Translations under genes and position numbers: made by a program | Part shown: positions 1-9,834 of the stretch, one piece after another | How positions within the stretch are numbered: position 1 is the first letter of the stretch | Layout: every line of letters begins with the position of its first letter | The notes under the pieces: model-generated | What the model saw: only the letters and a program-made list of their open reading frames with translations | Database searches by the model: none | What the model was told of the DNA's origin: nothing | Source of the DNA: Eledone cirrhosa | Taxonomy: Eukaryota | NCBI GenBank assembly: GCA_964016885.1 | Contig: OZ024740.1 | Location: forward strand, 45,756,001-45,820,000 | DNA length: 64,000 nt | Reading direction: 5' to 3'

Positions 1-315
1 ACTGCGAGGACTGTGAGGCTTTCTCTGAACATCCTGGCTTTTCTTCAAATTGTTTACAACTCTAAGACCATTAGATTTGGCAGACTTTGTGGCTCTAACA
101 AACTCCTCAGCAACTTTGCGTGCGCGGAATAATTCAGCAATTACACTTCTACGGATTAATGCTTTATTAACATACTATTTCTTATTTCAGATTGAACAAA
201 TTATGAATGAGTGATTATTCAAGCTGATAATATTTAAAATTTAGACGCCAACAAAATCTATACAATTAGAAATATACCTATTTGAAACTTGTCCCAATTT
301 ACCCGTTACACATTG
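1..315 (-). mobile_element. Possible Tc1/mariner-type DNA transposon 5' end with a degenerate transposase N-terminus, truncated by the window edge
   Basis: The minus strand begins TA|CAATGTGTAACGGGTAAATTGGGACAAG (TA at 316-317, then a TIR-like start). Minus-strand 1-170 reads ...RRSVIAELFRARKVAEEFVRATKSAKSNGLRVVNNLKKSQDVQRKPHSPRS, which resembles a transposase HTH followed by a GRPR-like linker. The partner TIR is not visible. Confidence 0.4.
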
Positions 316-861
316 TACATACACACACATATACACACACATATGCGCGCACACTTGTATACACGCACATATACATGCATTCAAACACACAAGTAGGCTC
401 TCTCTCTGGTTCTATCTCGATCTTTGGAAGCATGCTAGTATATGTTTCATTTCCAAGATGACGATCCTCTCTGACTTCACCAGCAACACATCAACAAACT
501 ACATAGTATTTACAGCGTACTCCTTTACCTACACCTGCACCTGCACAGCTATCCCTTCCGTTTTACCCCTATGAAAAATACCACTGTACTTTCAAAGCAC
601 ATTTGGAAATCGTGGAACAGAAGAGAGGCCACCAACATCTAATGTTAAATAAAGTACAAGCATTTAAATCCTGTATCTTTTGCATAACAGAGACACTCTA
701 CATTATCTACCATCAGCGTGATTTTTATTTTAAAAAAAAAGCGAATTAATTTTGACGTGTTAGCACTTGCCTAAATTCTTCCTCGGTAATTTCGAAAACA
801 ATCCCTGACGCATGAACGGCAATCAACAATCCTCAATCGATACCGTTTTCCCCATCTAGAA

Positions 862-1203
862 CTGAGGTTCACAAAATTTGGCGCCCCCCTCATGGCCACC
901 TAATACCCTCAGCGCCCCCAACCCTATTTTCAGAGAGACCTGTCTACACAGAAATTGTAAATGATATATAATAAATAAAATCGTTAATTTATCTATAATA
1001 AATAATATAATATATAGTATGTATAAATAAATATATATCTTTAATTCTCTATATTTATATATATGTATCATTTGACATTTAATATACAATTATATGATCT
1101 CTACCCCACACCACCCTCTTAGGACCCAGTTCTCCCTGGATCTTCTCAACGCCCCCCCCCCCCCATCCCCGAGTGGTGGTAGTGCCAACTTTGAGAACCT
1201 CTG
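862..1203. mobile_element. Non-autonomous hAT (Charlie-like) MITE, 342 bp
   Basis: Termini are CTGAGGTTCACAAA and TTTGAGAACCTCTG (imperfect TIR, 12/14). They are flanked by an identical 8-bp duplication ATCTAGAA at 854-861 and 1204-1211, matching the NTCTAGAN Charlie target preference. Confidence 0.85.
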
Positions 1204-1518
1204 ATCTAGAATCATCATATTACTTTATAGCTTACTAATGTGGACTTACATTAATAAAACAAAACAAAAAAACGTTTTGACTGCTATTTCTGTCCAGAAA
1301 TAGCTGTCGAAACTGCTTGAGCTCTGCCGTCGGGGTTCTCACTCTTTCCTATATATATATATATATATTTTTTATATATATATTTCATCTGCCTGTCATC
1401 CACCTCGTTGATTGTCTCTTTGCCTACCACTGGCCGCTGGTCTCTGTCCTCTCAGGCATTTTTGCCCATCGCTGTCATTGACAGCTTTTGGGTGTTTTAA
1501 CGGCTGTTTTTATATGAA

Positions 1519-1550
<32 letters not shown>

Positions 1551-2026
1551 AACACACACATGTGTAAGGAAAGTGTGTGGTGTCGAGACAGAGGAGACCA
1601 CAACTCAAAGTAGTATTCTATGCATGCATGGGAAGAAGCAGAGTGATTACAAAGGAAGGTCAAAACTCGACTGCGACGCCAAGCTGTTTTGGCTCGTATT
1701 CGAATACAAGTTGAAACCGCTAGGCTACTCGGTCCGAATTTTCCCTTCCTATATATATATATAAGTTTCTTTTATTTGCCACTAGGGCATCAAAAGTGGG
1801 ACAAGTACAAAGGGGGGAGTTTACACAAAAGGGCGTCCTCAATTAGGAGGAGGCAATAACAAAATATAAAAATAAAATAAGATATAACAAAAATAAAATT
1901 TTTAACAAAATCCTCAATAGAGAGGAGGCGCCTTGGGGGGTCGCACACACCCCCGAAAAAAGTGTGCAACCCTTTTCCTCAGGAGCACAGAGAGGGGGTG
2001 CTCCCTCGTTCCTTCCTCTTTTCCAC

Positions 2027-5000
2027 CTACAGGCTTATGTAAAGAGAAGGCCCATTCACACGGGCCATTCTCGCCACTTTCACCCACCTTTCATAAAAAC
2101 GACTGGGGTGCAGCACCTCTCTCTCCATCCTGATCCTTCTTCCGAAATGATATCGGAAGAAACGGACCAGTTGTTGGCCAGAGAGAAAGGTGCCTGACCT
2201 CAGTCCTTTCAGACGCGTCCACCATACAACCTCTTTCGCCATGGCTATTACGCACAGAAACACCGCCTCTGCTTCATCTTTGAAGGGGGGAGGCGGCTTG
2301 ATCATTACAATAGACTCGGTGGTCAACCGGATCGGTCCCACCCTTGACAGCAGTTGTTCGACATAGCCCCACAGATCGGCTACGCCCGAGCAGTGTACCA
2401 ATGCGTGTGCAACGGTTTCCTCGTCGCACACGCATCTGGGACAGATCTTTTTGGCGGGGTCCCTACCCGGGCGCCCGTGTCTGTAGAGCCTTTCTCGAAC
2501 GGGTAAAGCCCCTCGGTAGCACTGCCAGGCCAGGGACTTCTGGAAGTTGTCCATAGGTCCCGGGCTGAATGTCCTACCGAACAGGCTGGCCAGTTCGTCC
2601 TCCTCCATGTCTAGGGCTTCTCCGAGGGCGTCGTCGCACCTGCTGCGTACCAGCCCTCTATAGAATGTTGCGGTGGAGTCTCCACTGATAACCGGATCCG
2701 CCTGCCAGAGGGCGGTGAGCGCCTGGGCACACTCAGTGTGCCAGGCGCCCAGTTTTCTCGGTCTTTGCTTGACCCAGGATTGCAGCTCGGTGAGTGAGAC
2801 GAGTCTGGGAAAGGTTCGTCTCACAAACGAGGCCCACACCGGTTGTCCGGTGAGGAATACGTAGAGGTGCCGTAGCCTTAATGCGTGTTTACGCATCATT
2901 AGCCACGGCATCCCCAGCCCTCCTTTCGAAGGGTGTTGACAGCAGATGGATCTCCTCACCATAGGAGCCCGCCCCTTCCAAAGGAATTGGAAGAGCGCGC
3001 GCTCCATCTTGGTGAGGGTTTCCCTTGGGCAGGGCACTACGGTCAGGCGGTAGTAGATGACGGACGCTATATAAGTGTTCGCCACCTCCGCCCGACCTTT
3101 CAGGGATAGTTTGCAACTGGCCCACTTCTGGGTCAGTGCAAACACCCTGTTCGTAACCTCCGCCCAGTTTTTCTCCACCTGGAGGTCCGGTCCGAACCAG
3201 ACCCCGAGCAACTTCACCGGGCCCTCCGTCCAGCGTCCGACGACGCCATCGGAGGGCATCGGTCTGCCCCTCCACGTGCCGAGTTGCAAACCGATCGACT
3301 TGTCCCGGTTCAGCTTAGCCCCTGTGAACTTTTCGTACTCCTCCAGTAAGGTGCCGACCGCCTCGATTTCGGAGGCCGTCGACACCATTACTGTCACATC
3401 ATCGGCGTAGGCTGACACCGCTTTCCGCAATCCCGGTTCCAAAGGGATGCCCTGCAACAACTCCAACTTCCGCAGTAGTGGCTCGAGAGTCAACACATAC
3501 AGAAGGGAGGAGAGAGGGCACCCTTGTCGGATGGACCGCGCGATTTTGAACGGCTCCGAGAGGTAGCCGTTCACCTTGACCCTAGAGCAGATGCGGCTGC
3601 TGTGCATAGCAGTGATCCAGCCCCTGAAAACGGGTCCGAAGCCTGCCGCCGCTAGCACCGCATCCAGGTAACCATGGTCGACCCTATCGAACGCCTTAGA
3701 TTGATCCAAGTTGATCAGAGCCCCACCAAAGCCGGGTTCGTTCCCAACCCTCTCTATGATGTATCGCATGAGGTGGAGGTTGTCATGGATGGACCTGGAC
3801 GGGATAGCGCATGTCTGCGCATCTCCCACCAGGTTGCCCACGACAAGCGCCAACCTCTTTGCTAGCACCTTGGCCAAAATCTGTAACTCTGTATTTAGCA
3901 GAGTTATGGGCCTGAAGTTACTTATTTCGTCCCCCTTGTTCTCGTCCTTCCTCACTAGCGTGACTACGCCCTTGGTCACAGTACAGGGAATTCTCCCGTT
4001 CTGTTGCCAGTTGCAGTAGACCGCCTCGAGGAGATCGGGGAACAAGTCCGGCATAGCTAGATATAATTCGTAAGGAAGACCATCGAGACCCGGGGATTTG
4101 CGTTTGCCGCATTGGCCCAGCACGTCCTCTATCTCAGCGGCCGAAATTGGCTCCTCGCAAGACTTCGCCTCCCTGTCCGAGAGGCGCGGCAGGCCGTCGA
4201 GGTATGGACCGAAGTCCACGTTTCCAACCGGCTCCCCGCCCCTCCCGAACAGTCGGGCAAAGTGCCTTTGAAAGGCCTCACACATCTGCTTAGGCTCAAG
4301 AATCGCCCGTCCATCCAGGTCTCGCAAAGACCGGATGGTGGATTTAGTTCCACTGTTGGCCTCTGTCACGCGGGCCCAGCTAACAGCTTTGGCCCCCTCG
4401 TTCCCTAGAGCACGTATTTTACTTCGGACAACGCAGCCTTCGTGCTTCGCGTCGAAAAACTGGCTCAAAGCCGTTCTCGACGCTAGCACTCTGGCCACGT
4501 CGCCGCTTCTAATTGCCTCTTCTACTCTATCTATTAGCTCCCTTTCCTTCCTATTCCTATCCGCAGCTAGAACCTTACTAAATTCAATGGAGACTACTCT
4601 AATCTCTCTCTTTAGAGATACCCACCACCTGCTGTTGACGATCGCTCCAGTCAACCGTTCCTTAACTAACGTACTAATCCGATTCCTGTAGGCTCTACTT
4701 GCCGGCAAGGACAAGTTGAGCTTCCAGTAACCGGGGCCCTGTCTATGCGTTCTATCAAGGTTGACCATGCAGGTCACCAACTTGTGGTCTGAATAGCCAA
4801 CCATGAGCATTTCTGGACAACTTAAAAAGTCCCTGTCCTTATTTCTAACTAAAAATCTATCTAGGTACGATCTAGATGATCCGCTGCGATTTGACCAAGA
4901 CCAGGTTGGCACCGTCGGAAAATCTAGTCGAAATCTATCGGCCAGGTCAAATCGGCCGAGTAACCCCTTGAGGCTGTTGCACCCCTCTCTATCGGGACAT

Positions 5001-5464
5001 GCCCCTGCATAGTCCCAACGTGCATCCAGGATACCATTCCAATCCCCCACTAAAAGCAGGCAACGGGACGTCCCTAGAAAAGACTCCAGACGCTGGAAAA
5101 AGTCGGGCCGCTCTGTCCCAAAAGGGGCATATGCGGCTATCAGCCTAAAGGCTCTACCTTCACCACTGCCAAGGTCCAGCACCACCAGTCGACCCCCTGG
5201 GTCCAAGTGAACTATCTGTGTTGCAAGGCCCATATGTTTTTGCAGCAGAACGACAACCCCACCCCCACCTCCGGGCTGACAGAGAGATGCGTGCATCTCA
5301 AAGTCGTCAAAGGTGGGGGCTAGCTGTCGCATGCTGCTGATCCGGGCCTCGCAGATAACCATCACATTTATAGATTGTGACCTGAGGTCATTTAGAAGCA
5401 TTGCTTGCTTCCAAGACGAGCCCAGGCCACGCGCATTTAGACACCCTACTCTTAGCACAGCCAT
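2027..5464 (-). CDS. LINE ORF2: apurinic-like endonuclease, reverse transcriptase and C-terminal CCHC zinc finger (1145 aa from the first ATG)
   Basis: APE motifs LNARGL, GDWN, SYLDRFLV and SDH. RT motifs KSPGLDGLP, FRPITLLN, DQSKAFDRVDH, RQGCPLS and YADD. Zinc finger CPRC..EETVAHALVHC. The ORF is uninterrupted; the ATG at 5464 gives MAVLRVGCLNARGL (the track start at 5488 is GTG). Confidence 0.96.
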   Translation of the reverse strand: MAVLRVGCLNARGLGSSWKQAMLLNDLRSQSINVMVICEARISSMRQLAPTFDDFEMHASLCQPGGGGGVVVLLQKHMGLATQIVHLDPGGRLVVLDLGSGEGRAFRLIAAYAPFGTERPDFFQRLESFLGTSRCLLLVGDWNGILDARWDYAGACPDREGCNSLKGLLGRFDLADRFRLDFPTVPTWSWSNRSGSSRSYLDRFLVRNKDRDFLSCPEMLMVGYSDHKLVTCMVNLDRTHRQGPGYWKLNLSLPASRAYRNRISTLVKERLTGAIVNSRWWVSLKREIRVVSIEFSKVLAADRNRKERELIDRVEEAIRSGDVARVLASRTALSQFFDAKHEGCVVRSKIRALGNEGAKAVSWARVTEANSGTKSTIRSLRDLDGRAILEPKQMCEAFQRHFARLFGRGGEPVGNVDFGPYLDGLPRLSDREAKSCEEPISAAEIEDVLGQCGKRKSPGLDGLPYELYLAMPDLFPDLLEAVYCNWQQNGRIPCTVTKGVVTLVRKDENKGDEISNFRPITLLNTELQILAKVLAKRLALVVGNLVGDAQTCAIPSRSIHDNLHLMRYIIERVGNEPGFGGALINLDQSKAFDRVDHGYLDAVLAAAGFGPVFRGWITAMHSSRICSRVKVNGYLSEPFKIARSIRQGCPLSSLLYVLTLEPLLRKLELLQGIPLEPGLRKAVSAYADDVTVMVSTASEIEAVGTLLEEYEKFTGAKLNRDKSIGLQLGTWRGRPMPSDGVVGRWTEGPVKLLGVWFGPDLQVEKNWAEVTNRVFALTQKWASCKLSLKGRAEVANTYIASVIYYRLTVVPCPRETLTKMERALFQFLWKGRAPMVRRSICCQHPSKGGLGMPWLMMRKHALRLRHLYVFLTGQPVWASFVRRTFPRLVSLTELQSWVKQRPRKLGAWHTECAQALTALWQADPVISGDSTATFYRGLVRSRCDDALGEALDMEEDELASLFGRTFSPGPMDNFQKSLAWQCYRGALPVRERLYRHGRPGRDPAKKICPRCVCDEETVAHALVHCSGVADLWGYVEQLLSRVGPIRLTTESIVMIKPPPPFKDEAEAVFLCVIAMAKEVVWWTRLKGLRSGTFLSGQQLVRFFRYHFGRRIRMEREVLHPSRFYERWVKVARMARVNGPSLYISL

Positions 5465-5655
5465 GTTGGTGGTAAAGAGAAAAGGCACTTACCTCTCTGC
5501 GTCCCGGGAAACGGGCCGCTCAATTTCCATGCTGGTTGGGGATGGGTTGTTGGGTGGGGTTGTGGTTTGTGGAAGTGAAGGGGCATCGGTGTGTTGTGGG
5601 GTTGGGGTGTTTGTCGTTGAGTGGGTGTCTGGGTGAGGTGGGGGGGTGAAATTTT

Positions 5656-7142
5656 TTAGGAGGACGCGGTTGATTGGTTTGGCGCAGGGGGGGGGGGGGG
5701 GGGGCCCACGTCCTCCGTGAAATTTATTTTCAGTGTTTTGTACAAGTGCATTGGGACTTTTATCATTTTCAAATGAGGTAGTCCCACAGCAGTTATAAAG
5801 TTTGGCCCTTCGGTTTGGACCGAAGGGTTTGCTGAAATTGTTTTCCGTAATTCTTTGTTGTCTGTGTTCATGTATGTGTATTGTAATGTCTTTTTTTGTG
5901 TAGCAGTTAGTGTTGTGTGGCAGGGAGGGGTGGTTTGTGTGTAGTTTGTGTTCTCTTGGGAGGGATTAAAGTTAACATGTGTGTCTGTGGTGCGTCTCCT
6001 CTTCTTTCTTTTTACTTGTTGGAAGGGATCTTTTTCGTCTTGCGACGAAAGAGGTTCGTCTTCCTTGTTGGGTGGGAGGGGTATGTTTTCTGGTAGTGTT
6101 TGCGGTGTGCGTGTTTTTGTATTTGTTTTGGGTGGGGAGGGATTGGGTGGGACAGTATTTTGTGTTATTTTTTCACGTGTTTGTTGTTGTTGTTGTTGTG
6201 GTGGTGGTGGTGGGGTTGTTGGTTTTTGTTGTTGTTGCGGTTGTTTTTGTTGTTGTAGTTGGGGTGGTGTTGGTGTTGGTAGCAGTGTTTTTTTCTGTGT
6301 GAGCTGGGGACAGGCAGCCCTCAGGTGACCTCTATTGCCACAGAGGTAACAGGAGGGACGCCTACCCTCCACAATAATGTTGAGGTGGGTACGGTCATCC
6401 AGCATGACGCGCTCAGGGATTTGGGCGATGCGTTCTGGCCTTATTTGGGTCAGAACTTCGAGGCTCGTTCCACTGAACGCGTCGCCGGATGCCTTCCCTA
6501 TTGAGATGAGGTTGTCCTCGTCTAAATTGAGGAAACCGGTTAGTAACCACCAGTAGTTTATGTTTGGGGTGATGGTGGTTATCCATATCCTCTGGGTTTT
6601 TTTACCCATGTAGGTGGGGAAGAAGGTGTAGTGTGTGGACCGAATTGGCGACACAGAGTATTTTTTTGCCGCCAATTCGTCTTTCATCAATATGGATAAA
6701 CTCCCATAGAGTTTATCCTTTTGTATGAAAGTGATGTCTCTCATCGCGTCTTTCAAGACTAACTGGATTTCCGCTTGAGATGGTTGCGCTGGTTTCTTTG
6801 TTTTATTTAAAATTGTTCGGAATACGACAGTTCGTAATTCCGTCTGTCTTTTTAGCTCCGGAGGTGAATGTATAGAAAACGAACCGTTTTCGCCAAAAGA
6901 CACATATTTCTTGGCTTTTTCCAGCATTTCTTTTGCTTTTGAAATATCTTCCAGCACATAAGCGACTGATAATTTAGCCGTTTGTGCAAAAGATATTTTG
7001 TTTTCGTTTTGGATATTAGTATTGTTTTGTTTCTCGTCGTTTGAGTTGTTTTCATCTTTGTTGTTGTTGTTGTCTTTCTCGTTTCGTGTGTGGATACTTG
7101 TGACGTTTGTGTTGTTGTTGTTTTTGTTGTCTTTATTGTTGC

Positions 7143-7173
<31 letters not shown>

Positions 7174-7350
7174 GCTTTCAAATTCTTGTGTAGTTGTGGC
7201 TACATCTAGTGGTCGGTCAACAGGTGAAGACAATTCTTCCTCTCTCTGACCTCTGTCTTTGGCATCTGCTGCTGTGACAGTGGCAGGGGGAAGCTGTGAG
7301 TATGACTTCCCCTTTCCTTCTTTGATTGATGGTGAGGATGCTTCAGCCAT
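5656..7350 (-). CDS. LINE ORF1 (gag-like nucleic-acid-binding protein with one CCHC zinc knuckle); C-terminus probably frameshifted at a G18 run
   Basis: Contains CYLCGNRGHLRAAC (CX2CX4HX4C) plus N-rich and P/Q/T-rich low-complexity segments. It lies directly upstream of ORF2 on the same strand, with the first ATG at 7350. Confidence 0.88.
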
Positions 7351-7716
7351 TTTTCTCAAAATAGGGTTTTTCGAAGTTTTTCGAAAGATTAAATGTTCAC
7401 AATACTATTTCGCCCAAAGGCGCAGAATATTTTGAGAGACCGACCAGATCAAAATTTGACCTGGCAGTCCCTCTACAAAATGGTACAAAAATGAAAGTTT
7501 ACAGTTTACAATTTCCGTATGAATTTAAACAAAAACTTACCGAGCGAGCTCAGCACATGTGTCCATCGTAGAGAGATAGATAGATATATATAACTCTAAC
7601 ATTCTCGCCTTCTATCTGTCCCACTAAGAGATTCTTAAAGGCCACAGCTTCGGTGAAGTAATAAAATAACTCGCTTGTAATTTCACCCACTCACGCTGAT
7701 GATATGAAATAAATGA

Positions 7717-7750
<34 letters not shown>

Positions 7751-8004
7751 TTTACTGGCAGCTGACAAATATCTTCAGCATTGAGCTTAACCTGCTGAAA
7801 ATAGCAACCAATTATCTCGCGCGCGAATCATATTCCTCCGTCCTTAATATGGAATCGACCTCCACTGTTTTCGACGATGAGTTTTCCATCCAGTAGTTCA
7901 ATTGACGGGAAACCTGTTCATGAAATTAACGACAATGTAGTTGAGCATTCCTCATTCACGTGTATCTTTAAAGTAATTCTCGTGGAGATTCGGCGTATCA
8001 CAGT

Positions 8005-8230
8005 TTGTGGCATGACATGCCAGTTGAATTACAGCGGTCGCTCTCCGACAGGTTTGCGGTTGTTCCCTTGGCAGTGGAAACTTCTGGTGTCCTCGACCCT
8101 AGGGTTACCTTCCTACTCACTACCATAAGCGCTGAGCTGGCCAGCCGCAGATGTGAGCCTCGCGCAGCGCGCCACCCTTGCCATCCTCCGGGGAAACGCC
8201 TCCATTTTGTCCGCCGGGCCTGTGGGGAGG
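8005..8230 (+). mobile_element. Fragment of a CRE-like RLE non-LTR retrotransposon (C-terminal endonuclease region)
   Basis: Translation RFAVVPLAVETSGVLDP..LLTTISAELASRRCEPR resembles the F.PLAVET.G segment of CRE-clade RLE domains. It is homologous to the 10192-10440 fragment (TTIGAEMASDRCEPR). Confidence 0.6.
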
Positions 8231-8369
8231 CCACCAATATGATTGACTGACTTGTCATTTTATCAGTTAGCTGTTGCTGTCGCTAGACTATGACTTCCTT
8301 AACACATATACTTGAAAGATCAATCCATTACTAGTGAGAAGGGATCACAGCTTTGTTTAATATATACTA

Positions 8370-8870
8370 TATAGTGCAATGCATTGCCATTGAACCACAC
8401 ATTTGTAGAATATCTATACTATATAGTTTAACTCATTACCACTGAACTACAGATTTGCTGAATATCTATTCTATAGTTAAATCTTTTACTACTGAACCAC
8501 ACATTTGCTGAATATCTATTCTATAGTTAAACCCATAACTACTGAACTACTAATTTGCTGAATATCTACTCTATTGTTGAACCACAAATTTGTTGAATAT
8601 CTATAGTAAAGTTTAAATCATGGCAGTATCGGTAGAGGGTCGGCCGCCATGCTTTGCAGCAAAGAGTTACGGCCCTTTATGGTCTGAGTTCAAATCCCGC
8701 TGAGGTAAACTTTGCCTTTCATCCTTACGGGGTCGATAAAATAAAGTACCAGTAATGTACTGGGATAATTGCTGGCCTTGTGTCAAAAGTAGAAATAATT
8801 ATTACTAAGCAACAAATTTGTTGAATATATACTCAAATGTCCAACCCATTAATACTAAACTACACATTTA
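8370..8870. repeat. Degenerate ~50-bp minisatellite (about 6 units) interrupted by a SINE
   Basis: Unit AACYACACATTTGCTGAATATCTATTCTATAGTTAAA... starts at ~8393, 8445, 8495, 8545 and 8580. It resumes after the SINE at ~8805. Confidence 0.75.
8620..8803 (+). mobile_element. tRNA-derived SINE (dominant local family)
   Basis: A-box-like TGGCAGTATCGGTAGAG, B-box GAGTTCAAATCCC, central GCCTTTCATCCTTACGGGGTCGATAAAATAAAGTACCAG (resembles the Meta-SINE domain as I recall it), and an (ATT)-type tail. Near-identical copies occur elsewhere in the window. Confidence 0.85.
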
Positions 8871-9303
8871 ATGGTACAGTCCTTCCAAAAGTCTTCCAAA
8901 CAGTTTCCATCTACCCAATTTCCTTCACAAAACATGGGTCGAACCATGGCTATTGTAAATGATACTTTCCCAAGATGACACGAAACAACCCCTTAACCAT
9001 TCGGCCATACTGTGTCTACATCGTCTTAAATGATGGCTATATTGAACATATGATTACTGGTATACAAACAAAGAGACTGGCATGAGTGGAGCGCCTTTCA
9101 TTGTTCTACAACAACAAATCTGGGATTGCACAAAAAAAAAAAAGAAATTTATTTTTGTCAAGCGAACACAGAGAATCCAACTATACGGGCTCTTGAGGTG
9201 CTAGAAATATCAACCAAATGACCCCTCAAATCATACATATACGTGTACTATAGCCAATGTGCGTTATCCGAGGCGTAGTTAATGCTAGTTAAAAGTTATA
9301 TGT

Positions 9304-9334
<31 letters not shown>

Positions 9335-9564
9335 CGTGTGTGTGTACTTTGGGAGGGGCATGTTGCCAATAAAAACACACGCATCAGTTAATTTTCACTT
9401 CAATTTATAATTATAATATTCCGTCGGTTAGTTTAATAACCGGATGGTTGTTTAATTGTTAATTGTCAAAGCTCTTTCGTCACACATTCTGTGAACTCTT
9501 CAGTGACTATTTTGTTACTTTGTGTCTCCTCTTTGTTCTAATTTGCACCATCTTGTCTATATGG

Positions 9565-9700
9565 GACACCAATTTACCTCTCATTTTACCAATCATTTTA
9601 CCCACCAATTTACCTCTCATTTTACCCATCAATTTACCCCCCAAAATACCCACCTTTTTATCTATCAATTTTCCCACCGAAATACCCAGTATTTTACTCG
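9565..9700. repeat. Degenerate 12-bp-period minisatellite (CAATTTACC/CATTTTACC)
   Basis: Recurrent ..ccaatttacctctcattttacc.. units. These explain the spurious LPLILP-type ORFs here. Confidence 0.7.
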
Positions 9701-9834
9701 CCAGGATCAATTTTACTTTTCATCCTTCCGGGGTCGATGAAATAAACTACCTGTCACGTACTGGGTCTATATCATCGACTTTCTCCTTCCACAAAATTAC
9801 TGGCCTTGTGCCAATGTTAGAAATATATCGATGA

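Larger units (their letters stand above)
1764..7572 (-). mobile_element. Near full-length non-LTR retrotransposon (LINE), L1 group, probably Tx1 clade
   Basis: It has a 5' UTR (~7351-7572), ORF1, ORF2 and a 3' UTR ending AATAAAAGAAACT that runs directly into (TA)n at 1750-1763. The 5' end abuts GAGAGATAGATAGATATATATA. No LTRs are present. Confidence 0.92.

Noticed and set aside
2344-7249. Numerous short ORFs overlapping the LINE, including poly-Cys/Val/Leu/Thr ORFs
   Set aside because: They are alternative-frame or antisense readings of GC-rich ORF2 and of the trinucleotide repeats in ORF1.
8620-8710. tRNA genes suggested by A/B-box motifs
   Set aside because: These are SINE heads with no complete cloverleaf, and they always continue into the SINE body.
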